The translations under genes were made by a program, and so were the position numbers. From Oscillospiraceae bacterium (GTDB lineage: Bacteria > Bacillota > Clostridia > UMGS1883): a stretch of DNA of 32,000 bases. The notes under the pieces are model-generated. The model ran no database searches and was not told the origin of the DNA. It was given only the letters and a program-made list of their open reading frames with translations. The stretch lies in NCBI GenBank assembly GCA_022508735.1, contig JAFLUQ010000003.1:10287-42286 (forward strand). Direction: 5' to 3'. Positions 18,841 to 26,621 of the stretch are shown in pieces (the stretch's first letter is position 1; each line of letters starts with the position of its first letter).

Positions 18841-19287
18841 GTGAAAAAAACTATGCTCCTTGTGGCGTTTTATCATCTGCTGTGCCTTATCTTGGCTCTG
18901 CTGGGTGAGTTTATGATGAATGGCCCTATGCTGCAAAGCGGCTTATATGCCGACTGGGCAGGCGCTATATTGTGCCCGATAGCCTTAGCTGTCGCCGCAT
19001 GGATAACAAGCATAAAAAGCGAGACCTCGCTGCTTAAATTCTACCCGGGAGCGGCGGCGCTCACCGGCGGCATCGGCCTTGTGCGCGGCCTTGTGTATGG
19101 CTTTTCCGGCGGCTTCAGCAACATAAACCTCAGCATCGTGCTCAACCACTTCAAGGCAGCCATGCTCATTCTCGTCATTTCATTTATCCTTCTGACTGTA
19201 TGGTTCATGATCTTTGAGCTGACAAGATTTTTGATGAACCGCCCAACCAAATACAACAGACTTTCAAAAAACAAGAAATCCAAATAA
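18841..19287 (+). CDS. small hydrophobic membrane protein (about 4 TM), function unknown
   Basis: GTG start with a GGGGGA RBS. Four hydrophobic stretches and a basic C-terminal tail. It lies 15 nt upstream of guaA, so it is probably co-transcribed. Confidence 0.55.
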   Translation: MKKTMLLVAFYHLLCLILALLGEFMMNGPMLQSGLYADWAGAILCPIALAVAAWITSIKSETSLLKFYPGAAALTGGIGLVRGLVYGFSGGFSNINLSIVLNHFKAAMLILVISFILLTVWFMIFELTRFLMNRPTKYNRLSKNKKSK

Positions 19288-19302
19288 CACGGAGGAAACA
19301 CC

Positions 19303-20835
19303 ATGGATAAGCAGACAGTTTTAGTTATTGACTTCGGCGGCCAGTATAATCAGCTGATCGCCCGCCGTGTGCGCGAGCACAACGTATACTGCGAGGTGCT
19401 GGCCTATACGCACACTATCGACGAAATAAAAGCCAAAAATCCTGTGGGCATAATCTTCACAGGCGGCCCAAACAGTGTGTACGGCGAGGACGCTCCCCGG
19501 GTTCCGGCTGAGTTGTTCGAGCTCGGAGTTCCGATACTCGGCATATGCTACGGCGCCCAGCTCATGAGCTATGTTCTCGGCGGCGAGGTAAAAAGCGCCG
19601 ACACACGCGAGTACGGCAAGATCGAGGTAGACCTCTCCCCCAGCCTTATATTTGAAGGCATCGAGGGCAAGGGCGTTTGCTGGATGAGCCATACAGACTA
19701 TATTAGCGCCGTTCCCGAGGGCTTTAAAATCACTGCAACCAGCGCCACCTGCCCGGTGGCCGCCTACGAAAACGCCGAAAAAAAGCTCTACGGAGTGCAG
19801 TTCCACCCCGAGGTGAATCACACCCTGTTCGGCGAAAGAATGTTAAGGAACTTCCTTTATAATGTCTGCGGCTGCAAGGGCGACTGGGAAATGGGTGACT
19901 ACGCTCGCCGCTATATCGACATGGCAAAAGAAAAGTACGCCGGCAAGAAGGTGCTCTGCGCCCTGAGCGGCGGCGTTGACAGCTCCGTGGCAGCAGTGCT
20001 CCTTTCCCGCGCGGTAGGTAAAAACCTGACCTGTATCTTTGTTGACCACGGCCTGCTCCGTAAGAACGAGGGCGACGAGGTCGAGCATATTTTCACCAAG
20101 CAGTTTGATATAAATCTCATCCGCGTGAACTGTGAAGACAGATTTCTCACTAAGCTCGCGGGAGTTACCGAGCCCGAAAAAAAGCGCCGCATAATCGGCG
20201 AGGAGTTCATTCGCGTATTTGAAGACGAAGCCAATAAGATCGGCGAGGTGGACTATCTTGTGCAGGGTACGATCTATCCCGACGTGGTCGAGAGCGGCAG
20301 CGGCAAGAGCGCCACAATAAAGAGCCACCATAACGTTGGCGCGCTGCCCGACGTTATCAAGTTCAAAGAGATCGTCGAGCCCCTTCGCATGCTGTTTAAG
20401 GACGAGGTCCGTAAGCTCGGCATCGCCCTCGGCATACCTGATAATCTCGTATGGCGCCAGCCCTTCCCCGGTCCCGGTCTTGCCGTGCGCGTGATCGGCG
20501 AAATAACAAAAGAGAGGTTAGACATCCTTAAAGAGGCCGACGCTATCTTCCGCGAGGAGATCAGGCTCTGCGGCCTGGACAGAAGCATAAACCAGTACTT
20601 CGCTGTCATCACCGATATGCGCAGCGTTGGCGTCATGGGCGACGAGCGGACCTACGATTATACTATAGCCCTCCGCGCCGTTACCACTACCGACTTTATG
20701 ACCGCCGACTGGGCGCGCATACCTTACGATGTTCTTGAAAGAGCCAGCAACCGCATAGTAAACGAGGTCAAGCATGTCAACCGCATAGTGTATGACATCA
20801 CCAGTAAACCCCCAGCAACTATTGAGTGGGAGTGA
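19303..20835 (+). CDS. guaA: GMP synthase (glutamine-hydrolysing)
   Basis: 510 aa. GATase-1 head ([31 protein letters not shown]), the ATP-PPase SGGVDSSV motif and the canonical C-terminal ...KPPATIEWE. Confidence 0.97.
   Translation: MDKQTVLVIDFGGQYNQLIARRVREHNVYCEVLAYTHTIDEIKAKNPVGIIFTGGPNSVYGEDAPRVPAELFELGVPILGICYGAQLMSYVLGGEVKSADTREYGKIEVDLSPSLIFEGIEGKGVCWMSHTDYISAVPEGFKITATSATCPVAAYENAEKKLYGVQFHPEVNHTLFGERMLRNFLYNVCGCKGDWEMGDYARRYIDMAKEKYAGKKVLCALSGGVDSSVAAVLLSRAVGKNLTCIFVDHGLLRKNEGDEVEHIFTKQFDINLIRVNCEDRFLTKLAGVTEPEKKRRIIGEEFIRVFEDEANKIGEVDYLVQGTIYPDVVESGSGKSATIKSHHNVGALPDVIKFKEIVEPLRMLFKDEVRKLGIALGIPDNLVWRQPFPGPGLAVRVIGEITKERLDILKEADAIFREEIRLCGLDRSINQYFAVITDMRSVGVMGDERTYDYTIALRAVTTTDFMTADWARIPYDVLERASNRIVNEVKHVNRIVYDITSKPPATIEWE
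20824..20833 (+). repeat. left copy of the att core (attL)
   Basis: GAGTGGGAGT lies inside the last guaA codons (GAG TGG GAG TGA). Confidence 0.65.
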
Positions 20836-20871
20836 CGATATAACGTTCAGAAAAGCTTGTTTTTACTGATA

Positions 20872-20917
20872 TTTCAGCATGTTATGGTTCTCTTGTGATG
20901 CTGATATGATGCTGAAA
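20872..20917 (+). terminator. element-borne hairpin that may act as a surrogate guaA terminator
   Basis: TTTCAGCAT can pair with either of two ATGCTGA(AA) copies (20898..20904 or 20909..20917). It is followed by CCTCCATTTT. The loop is long and the T-run weak. Confidence 0.3.
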
Positions 20918-20993
20918 CCTCCATTTTCACCAAAATAAGCATCTATTTTCACTATAAAAAGTTGGTTATAACCCATTGTATACAAAATATAAT

Positions 20994-21044
20994 AAAGCGC
21001 ACCTTTACGATTTTCTTTGATGAAAATCTGTATAGGTGCGCTTT
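20994..21044 (-). terminator. terminator downstream of the integrase gene
   Basis: AAAGCGCACCT / AGGTGCGCTTT 11-bp stem enclosing an inner GATTTTC/GAAAATC hairpin. The minus-strand read is followed by a T-rich tract. Confidence 0.6.
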
Positions 21045-21136
21045 ATATTATATATGCCGATATGACCTTGTAAAACCTTATATTATCTCGTTAATATGTA
21101 TACTCAAAGTTAATCTGGCCCCTAAAAACTGGCTTA

Positions 21137-21170
21137 TTTTAGGGGAAAATTCCCCCGCATTTTGGGGAAT
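21137..21170 (+). repeat. 33-34-nt direct repeat, copy a (candidate arm-type integrase site)
   Basis: TTTTAGGGGAAAATTCCCCCGCATTTTGGGGAAT. It contains the internal dyad GGGGAAAATTCCCC. Confidence 0.6.
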
Positions 21171-21219
21171 GCATACAATATACTGTACCTAAAACCTATT
21201 TTCTATCAGTATACAGGTG

Positions 21220-21252
21220 TTTTAGGGGAAATTTGTCCCGCACTTTGGGGAT
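21220..21252 (+). repeat. 33-34-nt direct repeat, copy b
   Basis: TTTTAGGGGAAATTTGTCCCGCACTTTGGGGAT. It starts 83 nt after copy a starts and ends 10 nt from the int stop codon. Confidence 0.6.
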
Positions 21253-21261
21253 TTCTTCCCT

Positions 21262-22314
21262 TTATATCAACGTATCAAGTGTATTTGCAAGCTCAGTTTG
21301 TTTGTGCGGGTATAGGTGCGAGTACGTGTTTAGAGTTGTCTCGATATTTTCATGCCCCAGCCTTTCAGCTATCAACAAAGGCGAAAACCCAAGCTCTATA
21401 AGCAGAGAGGCATGAGAGTGCCGAAGGTCGTGAACTCGAATGCGTTTTACGCCTGAGATTTTACAGCCCCGGTCCATTTCGTGATGAAGATAATACTTCG
21501 TGACAGTGAAAAGCCTTGTGCTCGGGTTCTTATCAAAAAGAGTCTGCATATACGTCTCAATCTCTTTACAGAGAAAATTCGGTATAGCTATTATTCTGAT
21601 ACTTTTCTTAGTCTTTGGCTCTGTGATTACATCTTGCTTTTCAATACGCTGATATGATTTATTGACAGACAGTTCTTTACTGGTGAGGTCTATATCGGCT
21701 CGGGTCAGCGCAAGCAATTCACCGGCTCTCAGTCCGCACCAATATAAAATTTGATAGGCCAGATGGGCCATAGGTTTGTCTTCAATGGCATTTGAGAACT
21801 TCAGATATTCTTCGCGAGTCCAAAATTGCATTTCGTCTGCGCTTTTACGACCCATAGAGCCGGCTTTATGACATGGATTTTCTCTCAGACCGTAATACTT
21901 GACTGCATAATTAAGTATTGCACAGAGCTGATTATTGATCGATTTCAGGTAGGTTTCTGAATAATCCTGGCCAATCAGTTTATTTTGCCATTGTCTTACC
22001 GTTGTCGGCTTAATATCGCCGATTTTTATTTTGCCGAAATACGGTAATATTTTTGTGTCGATCATGTGCTTCTTGTTGTTCATTGTAGACTGTCTCAGCC
22101 TGTTTTTCATATCATCTATGTAGAGCTCTACCAGGCCGGCGAACGTCATTTGCGGATTAGATTGAAGCTTATCCAAAAAGGCGCGCTCATATTCTTTAGC
22201 GTCTTTCTGTTTAGTAAAGCCTCTTTTTGTCTTACGCTTCTTCAGCCCCTGCCAATCTACATAGTAAAAACAACAATACCACGTGCCTCTTTCTTCATCT
22301 TTATAAATCGGCAT
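21262..22314 (-). CDS. int: site-specific tyrosine recombinase, Tn916-Int-like (N-terminal arm-binding domain plus catalytic domain)
   Basis: N-terminus MPIYKDEERGTWYCCFYYVDWQGLKKRKTKRGF (AP2-like integrase DNA-binding fold). RAGELLAL, HDLRHSHASLLIE and GHENIETTLNTYSHLY carry the R...HxxR...Y catalytic residues. Confidence 0.9.
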   Translation of the reverse strand: MPIYKDEERGTWYCCFYYVDWQGLKKRKTKRGFTKQKDAKEYERAFLDKLQSNPQMTFAGLVELYIDDMKNRLRQSTMNNKKHMIDTKILPYFGKIKIGDIKPTTVRQWQNKLIGQDYSETYLKSINNQLCAILNYAVKYYGLRENPCHKAGSMGRKSADEMQFWTREEYLKFSNAIEDKPMAHLAYQILYWCGLRAGELLALTRADIDLTSKELSVNKSYQRIEKQDVITEPKTKKSIRIIAIPNFLCKEIETYMQTLFDKNPSTRLFTVTKYYLHHEMDRGCKISGVKRIRVHDLRHSHASLLIELGFSPLLIAERLGHENIETTLNTYSHLYPHKQTELANTLDTLI

Positions 22315-22330
22315 AATCTACAACCCCATT

Positions 22331-22966
22331 TCAAGCAGATACATACGCAAGCAATTCCGGCGTACGCAATTTTTTTAATGCGAGTGACTTTGTGTTTTCA
22401 ATCGCGCCCTTAGACACACCCAGCTCATTTGCCAGTTGAGAAAAGCTAAGTCCTCGACGGTACAGACCGTCAATGACATTTGCCTGAGTGGGTGTAAGTT
22501 TCATGCCGGCTCGCCTGAAAATCTCTCTCAAACGCTCTATGTAGTCGGCTTCGTCTATAGCACTTATTTCTGCTTCTGCGCCAAGGTCCGGAATAAATTC
22601 TACAAACGTGCTCTCACCCTCAACACCGATAGGTGCGTCAAGGCTGATCGCATAGTAAATTGTGTTATTCTGCCAACCGGTCGAGCGCATTTTTGCCAGT
22701 TCATAAAACTGTATGAGAAGCTGCCGGCCGAGGTATGTAAGAAATTTATAACGGCCGTCATAAGCCTTAACCGCACCAACAACGGCAAAATACCCGGCCT
22801 GGATTAAGTCGTCAGTCTCAACGCCTACCAGCGAACACCTCTCATAATGTTTTGTGTAAAAGCTATTGGCCTGCCGGCATACAAACAACTCAACATTTTG
22901 CCAGAGCTCTGAGTTATACCCGGTTTCACCGTTCTTAATTTTTACGACCAGTTCTTCATTTGTCAT
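22331..22966 (-). CDS. sigma-70-family RNA polymerase sigma factor (element-encoded, copy 1)
   Basis: Region 2-like DDLIQAGYFAVVGAVKAY and region 4 HTH LTPTQANVIDGLYRRGLSFSQLANELGVSKGAIENTKSLALKKLR. I chose the ATG at 22966 (MTNEEL...) because GGAGG lies 8 nt upstream. The track ORF extends to 22987. Confidence 0.8.
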   Translation of the reverse strand: MTNEELVVKIKNGETGYNSELWQNVELFVCRQANSFYTKHYERCSLVGVETDDLIQAGYFAVVGAVKAYDGRYKFLTYLGRQLLIQFYELAKMRSTGWQNNTIYYAISLDAPIGVEGESTFVEFIPDLGAEAEISAIDEADYIERLREIFRRAGMKLTPTQANVIDGLYRRGLSFSQLANELGVSKGAIENTKSLALKKLRTPELLAYVSA

Positions 22967-22983
22967 ATCAACAACCTCCAAAA

Positions 22984-23118
22984 TCAAAAATCGCCAAGTA
23001 CGGTCTGGATAGCGTAATCTACTGTATAATCCTCATATTCTACAAGATCACATATCTCAACGGCTTCTTCAACAGAAAAACCATCTTCAATGAGTATTTC
23101 ATAAAGTTCGTTTCTCAT
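22984..23118 (-). CDS. 44-aa acidic ORF (MRNELYEILIEDGFSVEEAVEICDLVEYEDYTVDYAIQTVLGDF), function unknown
   Basis: Below the track cutoff. ATG at 23118 is preceded by AGAGGTTGTTGATATG, nearly the same RBS-start string (GGAGGTTGTTGATATG) as the sigma gene that follows. Confidence 0.45.
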   Translation of the reverse strand: MRNELYEILIEDGFSVEEAVEICDLVEYEDYTVDYAIQTVLGDF

Positions 23119-23140
23119 ATCAACAACCTCTTTTCTTAGC

Positions 23141-23166
23141 GTCTATAAATATTATAACGTGTTTTA
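23141..23166 (-). promoter_or_regulatory. conserved promoter/leader motif, copy A
   Basis: Minus strand: AAAACACGTTATAATATTTATAGAC, with -10 TATAAT at 23151..23156. It lies upstream of the 44-aa/sigma/int operon. Confidence 0.5.
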
Positions 23167-23208
23167 CGTAAAACCGATACGGGCGAACCCACCAGAATTG
23201 CCGAGTCG

Positions 23209-23244
23209 ATCTCGTGCGCGTTGTACGTAGAACGCGCACGAGAT
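23209..23244. terminator. 14-bp-stem hairpin just downstream of the 89-aa ORF
   Basis: ATCTCGTGCGCGTT / AACGCGCACGAGAT with an 8-nt loop. There is no clear U-run on either strand, so it may be a terminator or a processing/operator element. Confidence 0.4.
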
Positions 23245-23253
23245 TTCAGGCTG

Positions 23254-23523
23254 TCAAGCAACTGTAAACCTCCGGCTTACTGACGGCTTCAAGAAGTCTG
23301 CATACATATCAGCATGGATTTTCTTGAACGAGGTCGTGTCGAAGCGGTTAGTTGTAACAGTCTTATATCTAACAACATACTCACCGATGAGTAATTCTTC
23401 AGCCTCGCCCATGACCTGCTTAATGTGGTCGGCAATCGCGTCTTTCTGTGCTTCGAGCAGAGCAATCTGTCTTGCAAGCTCCTGGTACTGTTCTACAGCC
23501 TTTGTCAATTCAATCTTTTTCAT
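23254..23523 (-). CDS. 89-aa protein with an N-terminal coiled coil, function unknown
   Basis: Strong GGAGG RBS. It has the heptad-like stretch KAVEQYQELARQIALLEAQKDAIADHIKQVM. I recognise no family. Confidence 0.6.
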   Translation of the reverse strand: MKKIELTKAVEQYQELARQIALLEAQKDAIADHIKQVMGEAEELLIGEYVVRYKTVTTNRFDTTSFKKIHADMYADFLKPSVSRRFTVA

Positions 23524-23558
23524 TATAATTACCTCCGTTTGATTAAGTGGTTTATTTA

Positions 23559-23586
23559 ACTTACATTTATATTATAGCGTGTTTGC
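23559..23586 (-). promoter_or_regulatory. conserved promoter/leader motif, copy B
   Basis: Minus strand: GCAAACACGCTATAATATAAATGTAAGT, with -10 at 23571..23576. Confidence 0.5.
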
Positions 23587-23647
23587 TTATAAAATGGAGC
23601 GCGCAAAACCGCCGGAAATTCAAAGAAAACTCTGTGCGGTTTTACAG

Positions 23648-23676
23648 TATACATACTATAAAAAATGTGGTATAAT
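23648..23676 (+). promoter_or_regulatory. promoter of the first RHH-like gene
   Basis: TATACA, 17 nt, TATAAT preceded by TGG. Confidence 0.45.
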
Positions 23677-23744
23677 ATAAGTACAATGGAGAGAGAGACG
23701 CCTCGCGGCGGCCCCCCCAATTTAAACAGAAAAGAGGTTTATCA

Positions 23745-23945
23745 ATGCCAAAATATGACTCTCAACGCAAAGCGTCCAAAAAGTGGCGGGCGGAAAATCT
23801 GGAATACATACAGTTCTCTGTCCGAAAAGGCGAAAAAGCTCGTATTAAAGCCTATGCCGAAGGCCAAAATCAAACGCTGGCCGGTTTTATTAAAGACACG
23901 ATTTATTCAGCTATGAGTGCCTCTAACGAGGATTTCACAGAATAA
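23745..23945 (+). CDS. 66-aa ribbon-helix-helix-like (Arc/CopG-type) DNA-binding protein (tentative)
   Basis: AGAGG RBS. The pattern YIQFSVRKGEKARIKAYAEGQNQTLAGFIKDTI (beta strand, then two helices) is shared with the ORF at 27766..27960. Confidence 0.55.
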   Translation: MPKYDSQRKASKKWRAENLEYIQFSVRKGEKARIKAYAEGQNQTLAGFIKDTIYSAMSASNEDFTE

Positions 23946-23946
23946 T

Positions 23947-23984
23947 AAAAAGAGTCTCAACACCACCAAGGTTAAGACTCTTTT
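23947..23984. terminator. bidirectional terminator between the RHH gene and sigma copy 2
   Basis: AAGAGTCTCAA / TTAAGACTCTT stem flanked by an A-run and a T-run. Confidence 0.65.
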
Positions 23985-23996
23985 GACTAAGTATGC

Positions 23997-24788
23997 TTAG
24001 ATTATTCCAAACTCTTCTTCAAGACGCTCGAGCCGGATAACATACAACTCTTGTATGCTTGCCCCGGTTGATTTGAACACGCCTTGACTGAATCCAAGCG
24101 AGTGTCGCTCTATAAGCTCTTGTTTTTTATCTTTGAATTTATATTGTGCTAACGTCTGATCGGCTCTTAGCCTCTCCAGGGCTCTATCGCGCAAGCCCGC
24201 TGTCATTGTACCTGAAATACGAAACTCTTTCGCAAGAGCTGAAAGAGGTACACTCTCCAAGTAATGCCGTCTTATTACGTCCGCCTGTCTTGTGTCCAGA
24301 TGACCGATAGCTATATCTATATTCTCTTTCATCTGTCGGTGTTCGTCTTCATCTTCAATGGCCCGAAAACTGTTCTCGGCGTCCGGGTCCTCCACAATAT
24401 CCTCTAATAGCAGATCGTCACCATCTTTATTCTGCCCTACCGCCTCATCAAGGCTTATTGCGTTCATCTGCATATCGGCTTGTTTCCGGGCCCCGATCGT
24501 ATGTAAGCCGAGAAGTTTCCGCCACTGATTACGCAGATGATAACCAAGGTACGTCAAAAACTTATACTCGCTATCTTCAGAGTATGCGTCAACGGCTGAC
24601 AAAAGTGCAAAGAAACCGACCTGCATAAAATCGTCAATCGTCTGACCCAATCCCTGGGCTCGCTCTTGTTTTGCAAGATAAAATTTATTCGCACAATTCT
24701 GTACAAAAGCTTCTACTCTTTGCCATAATTCGCCGGTGCACTCTGCCCGGCCGCTTTTTATTTCCAAGGCCAGTTCTTCATTTGTCAT
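23997..24788 (-). CDS. sigma-70-family RNA polymerase sigma factor (element-encoded, copy 2, with a C-terminal extension)
   Basis: It starts MTNEEL like copy 1. Region 2-like DDFMQVGFFALLSAVDAY and region 4 LDTRQADVIRRHYLESVPLSALAKEFRISGTMTAGLRDRALERLR are present. An ATGA overlap with the upstream ORF indicates translational coupling. Confidence 0.8.
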   Translation of the reverse strand: MTNEELALEIKSGRAECTGELWQRVEAFVQNCANKFYLAKQERAQGLGQTIDDFMQVGFFALLSAVDAYSEDSEYKFLTYLGYHLRNQWRKLLGLHTIGARKQADMQMNAISLDEAVGQNKDGDDLLLEDIVEDPDAENSFRAIEDEDEHRQMKENIDIAIGHLDTRQADVIRRHYLESVPLSALAKEFRISGTMTAGLRDRALERLRADQTLAQYKFKDKKQELIERHSLGFSQGVFKSTGASIQELYVIRLERLEEEFGII

Positions 24789-25387
24789 GGCCTCACCCCT
24801 GTATTTTTCAGCGTTTCCAAACCTTTTGCTTGTAATCTGTAGATATATCTCAAATCATAACCGAACGTCTTTGCGATTTCTTTATCAGTGAGACTGTCAA
24901 AAAATTTAGCTCGCAGAACCGCTTTTTGCGTTTCGGTTATATCAAGGTTTTCAAGTCTCTCGGCGACCGAATTTTGCTTTGTCAACAGGTCTTTGGCTCG
25001 AGCAATAGTTTCTTTTAGATCAGTTATATCTTCATTGGTTTTCATGCGCTCTATTTCAATCATGAGCCACCTAATCGCAAGCCCATAAAATCTATATGAA
25101 TAGAGATATTCATTCGGTGCCAGAAAAACAAGCTCGCTCTCACCTATTCGGTCAAGTTCCAAGTCTGACAGTAATGCCCGGTAGGCTATATCACCTCGAA
25201 TATTTAGAACCTCGCTAACCTTATAGGCCCAAGACAGCCTATGAGGATTTTTGTGTAATTTTTTCGGTGTGAAACTTCTTATACTCAACCCGGCTGATGC
25301 AATAACTGCCTGCTTTTTCTTTTTGCCGATATTCGCACACGTTTCAAGAACCAAGCAGCCGAAAGCAGATTTTTCAGCACAACCCAC
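24785..25387 (-). CDS. 200-aa protein with a C-terminal sigma-70 region-4-like HTH only
   Basis: GTG start with an AGGAG RBS. The C-terminus ITETQKAVLRAKFFDSLTDKEIAKTFGYDLRYIYRLQAKGLETLK resembles region 4. I recognise no region 2. Confidence 0.6.
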   Translation of the reverse strand: MGCAEKSAFGCLVLETCANIGKKKKQAVIASAGLSIRSFTPKKLHKNPHRLSWAYKVSEVLNIRGDIAYRALLSDLELDRIGESELVFLAPNEYLYSYRFYGLAIRWLMIEIERMKTNEDITDLKETIARAKDLLTKQNSVAERLENLDITETQKAVLRAKFFDSLTDKEIAKTFGYDLRYIYRLQAKGLETLKNTGVRP

Positions 25388-25571
25388 TTATATCACTCCT
25401 GGCCGGAAGACATTTCTGCTCAAAATATGACCGGGGCACCCGGCCGGATATTGTTATATAGCCTTTCTTCTTCAATTCATCGTTCAGAGTTTTTATTATT
25501 CTGTATGCCCGGCCAACTGAGCAGTCCAGTCGTGCCATTACTTCTTCCACCCGTACTACATCAGATTGCAC
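25374..25571 (-). CDS. 65-aa excisionase/MerR-like HTH (HTH_17-type) protein
   Basis: GTG start with an AAGGTGG RBS. VRVEEVMARLDCSVGRAYRIIKTLNDELKKKGYITISGRVPRSYFEQK resembles Xis-family and phage/ICE DNA-binding proteins. Confidence 0.55.
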   Translation of the reverse strand: MQSDVVRVEEVMARLDCSVGRAYRIIKTLNDELKKKGYITISGRVPRSYFEQKCLPARSDISGLC

Positions 25572-25606
25572 TCATTACCACCTTTTCCTATCAATCATTT
25601 TGCTTT

Positions 25607-25627
25607 ACTTTAATTATTATATCACAG
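25607..25627 (-). promoter_or_regulatory. conserved promoter/leader motif, copy E
   Basis: Plus strand: ACTTTAATTATTATATCACAG, giving a minus-strand -10 TATAAT at 25616..25621. It lies upstream of the Xis-like/region-4/sigma-2 operon. Confidence 0.45.
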
Positions 25628-25686
25628 CCTTTTGTTTTTGTAAATATCTTTTTGATATATTTTTTTAGATTTCTCAATCAAATAGC

Positions 25687-25715
25687 TTGACAAACTTATT
25701 TTTTAGTGATATAAT
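25687..25715 (+). promoter_or_regulatory. perfect consensus promoter of the divergent XRE repressor gene
   Basis: TTGACA (25687..25692), 17 nt, TATAAT (25710..25715) preceded by TGA. Confidence 0.7.
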
Positions 25716-25735
25716 CTAATCAAGAGGTGATTATA

Positions 25736-26161
25736 ATGACAATAGGTGAAGCATTAAGGGCCGCAAGAGAAAAGGCCGGCTTGACTCAAACAGAATTAGC
25801 ACAGAAAATGAACGTTACTGTATCATGTGTCAGTCAATATGAGAGAGACCGACGAAATCCGGGTACTCGCCAGTTAGAGAAATTCGCTGACGCACTCGGC
25901 ATTTCATACGATGTTCTGCTCGTCAGTAAAATTGATGATCTTACTCAATCAAGACATAGAAATGATATAGCTGACCTGTTTTCTCAGACTGAATTTTCTG
26001 AAAAACTAATGCACATAGGTTATGCTTTGAACGAGGTTGACAGCGGGGCATTTATTATCGAAAGTCCAACCCGGAAATATGCCATTTCAGGCGAAGAGCT
26101 TCTGAACCTGAATGAAAAATGTGATTCATATTTACGGTTCTTACTTTCTGAGTTAAAATAA
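25736..26161 (+). CDS. XRE-family (cI-like) HTH regulator with a C-terminal domain
   Basis: MTIGEALRAAREKAGLTQTELAQKMNVTVSCVSQYERDRRNPGTRQLEKFADALGISYDVLL. ATG at 25736 has an AGAGGTG RBS. The track starts at GTG 25727. Confidence 0.8.
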   Translation: MTIGEALRAAREKAGLTQTELAQKMNVTVSCVSQYERDRRNPGTRQLEKFADALGISYDVLLVSKIDDLTQSRHRNDIADLFSQTEFSEKLMHIGYALNEVDSGAFIIESPTRKYAISGEELLNLNEKCDSYLRFLLSELK

Positions 26162-26163
26162 AA

Positions 26164-26186
26164 GCCTGGTAACCAATTCACCAGGC
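26164..26186. terminator. hairpin at the end of the XRE gene
   Basis: GCCTGGT / ACCAGGC stem. The U-run is present only when read on the minus strand (TTTTATTTT). Confidence 0.35.
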
Positions 26187-26242
26187 AAAAAGAATTTCAT
26201 ATAGGTATTTACTTTTTCACGTATATGTGATATAATAATCCT

Positions 26243-26335
26243 TACTTGAGGAGCAGTAAGGTTTACTCTCTCAAGAAAGGGTTATTTGGTTTAGAATAGC
26301 GGGGCATTTTAGCGGGTGCCCGCTATTCTTTTTTT
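26243..26335 (+). ncRNA. candidate transcript of about 90 nt with no ORF
   Basis: Promoter-like TTTACT (26208..26213), 17 nt, TGA-TATAAT (26231..26236). Then the hairpin CCTTACT/AGTAAGG (26240..26261), then a terminator at 26294..26335. No start codon follows the GAGGAG string. Confidence 0.3.
26294..26335 (+). terminator. intrinsic terminator (T7 run on the plus strand), shared with the convergent 50-aa ORF
   Basis: GAATAGCGGG / CCCGCTATTC stem followed by TTTTTTT. A second TAGCGGG copy in the loop allows an alternative pairing. Confidence 0.65.
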
Positions 26336-26486
26336 ACGCCTCGTTTTTCAGGACTTCAAGAGTCTTGATAAACTCTGCGAGTGTCTTGCCTTCTTTTTCA
26401 GCGTCGAGAGCCTTGAGATAAATATCTGTTCTCTCAAGCTTTTTCGCGAGCTGGACGGCAACCTCGGTTGCACTTGGCGACTTCAT
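26334..26486 (-). CDS. 50-aa ORF (MKSPSATEVAVQLAKKLERTDIYLKALDAEKEGKTLAEFIKTLEVLKNEA), function unknown
   Basis: Below the track cutoff. GAGG RBS (GGAAGTGAGGTTG ATG). Helical, charged composition. Confidence 0.45.
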   Translation of the reverse strand: MKSPSATEVAVQLAKKLERTDIYLKALDAEKEGKTLAEFIKTLEVLKNEA

Positions 26487-26528
26487 CAACCTCACTTCCT
26501 CTCTTTAGCAAGCAATCATGCTTTGCAC

Positions 26529-26556
26529 CTTACATTTATTATTATATCGTGTTTTT
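26529..26556 (-). promoter_or_regulatory. conserved promoter/leader motif, copy C
   Basis: Minus strand: AAAACACGATATAATAATAAATGTAAGG, with -10 at 26541..26546. Confidence 0.5.
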
Positions 26557-26621
26557 CGGCATTAGTAAGCCGGCAAAGCGCACAAGGTTCAAGCATTTTT
26601 GCTATTAGTTTCTACCCGGTT

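Noticed and set aside
18797-19302. A purine/guanine riboswitch expected upstream of guaA.
   Set aside because: guaA starts 15 nt after the small membrane-protein ORF. The leader between the operon promoter (-10 at 18791..18796) and the GTG at 18841 is only about 40 nt. That is too short, and it lacks the conserved junction sequences.
23665-23916. The 83-aa track ORF overlapping the RHH-like gene in another frame.
   Set aside because: It would start inside the promoter/-10 region and lacks an RBS. The 66-aa frame has an AGAGG RBS and a paralog-like partner at 27766..27960.
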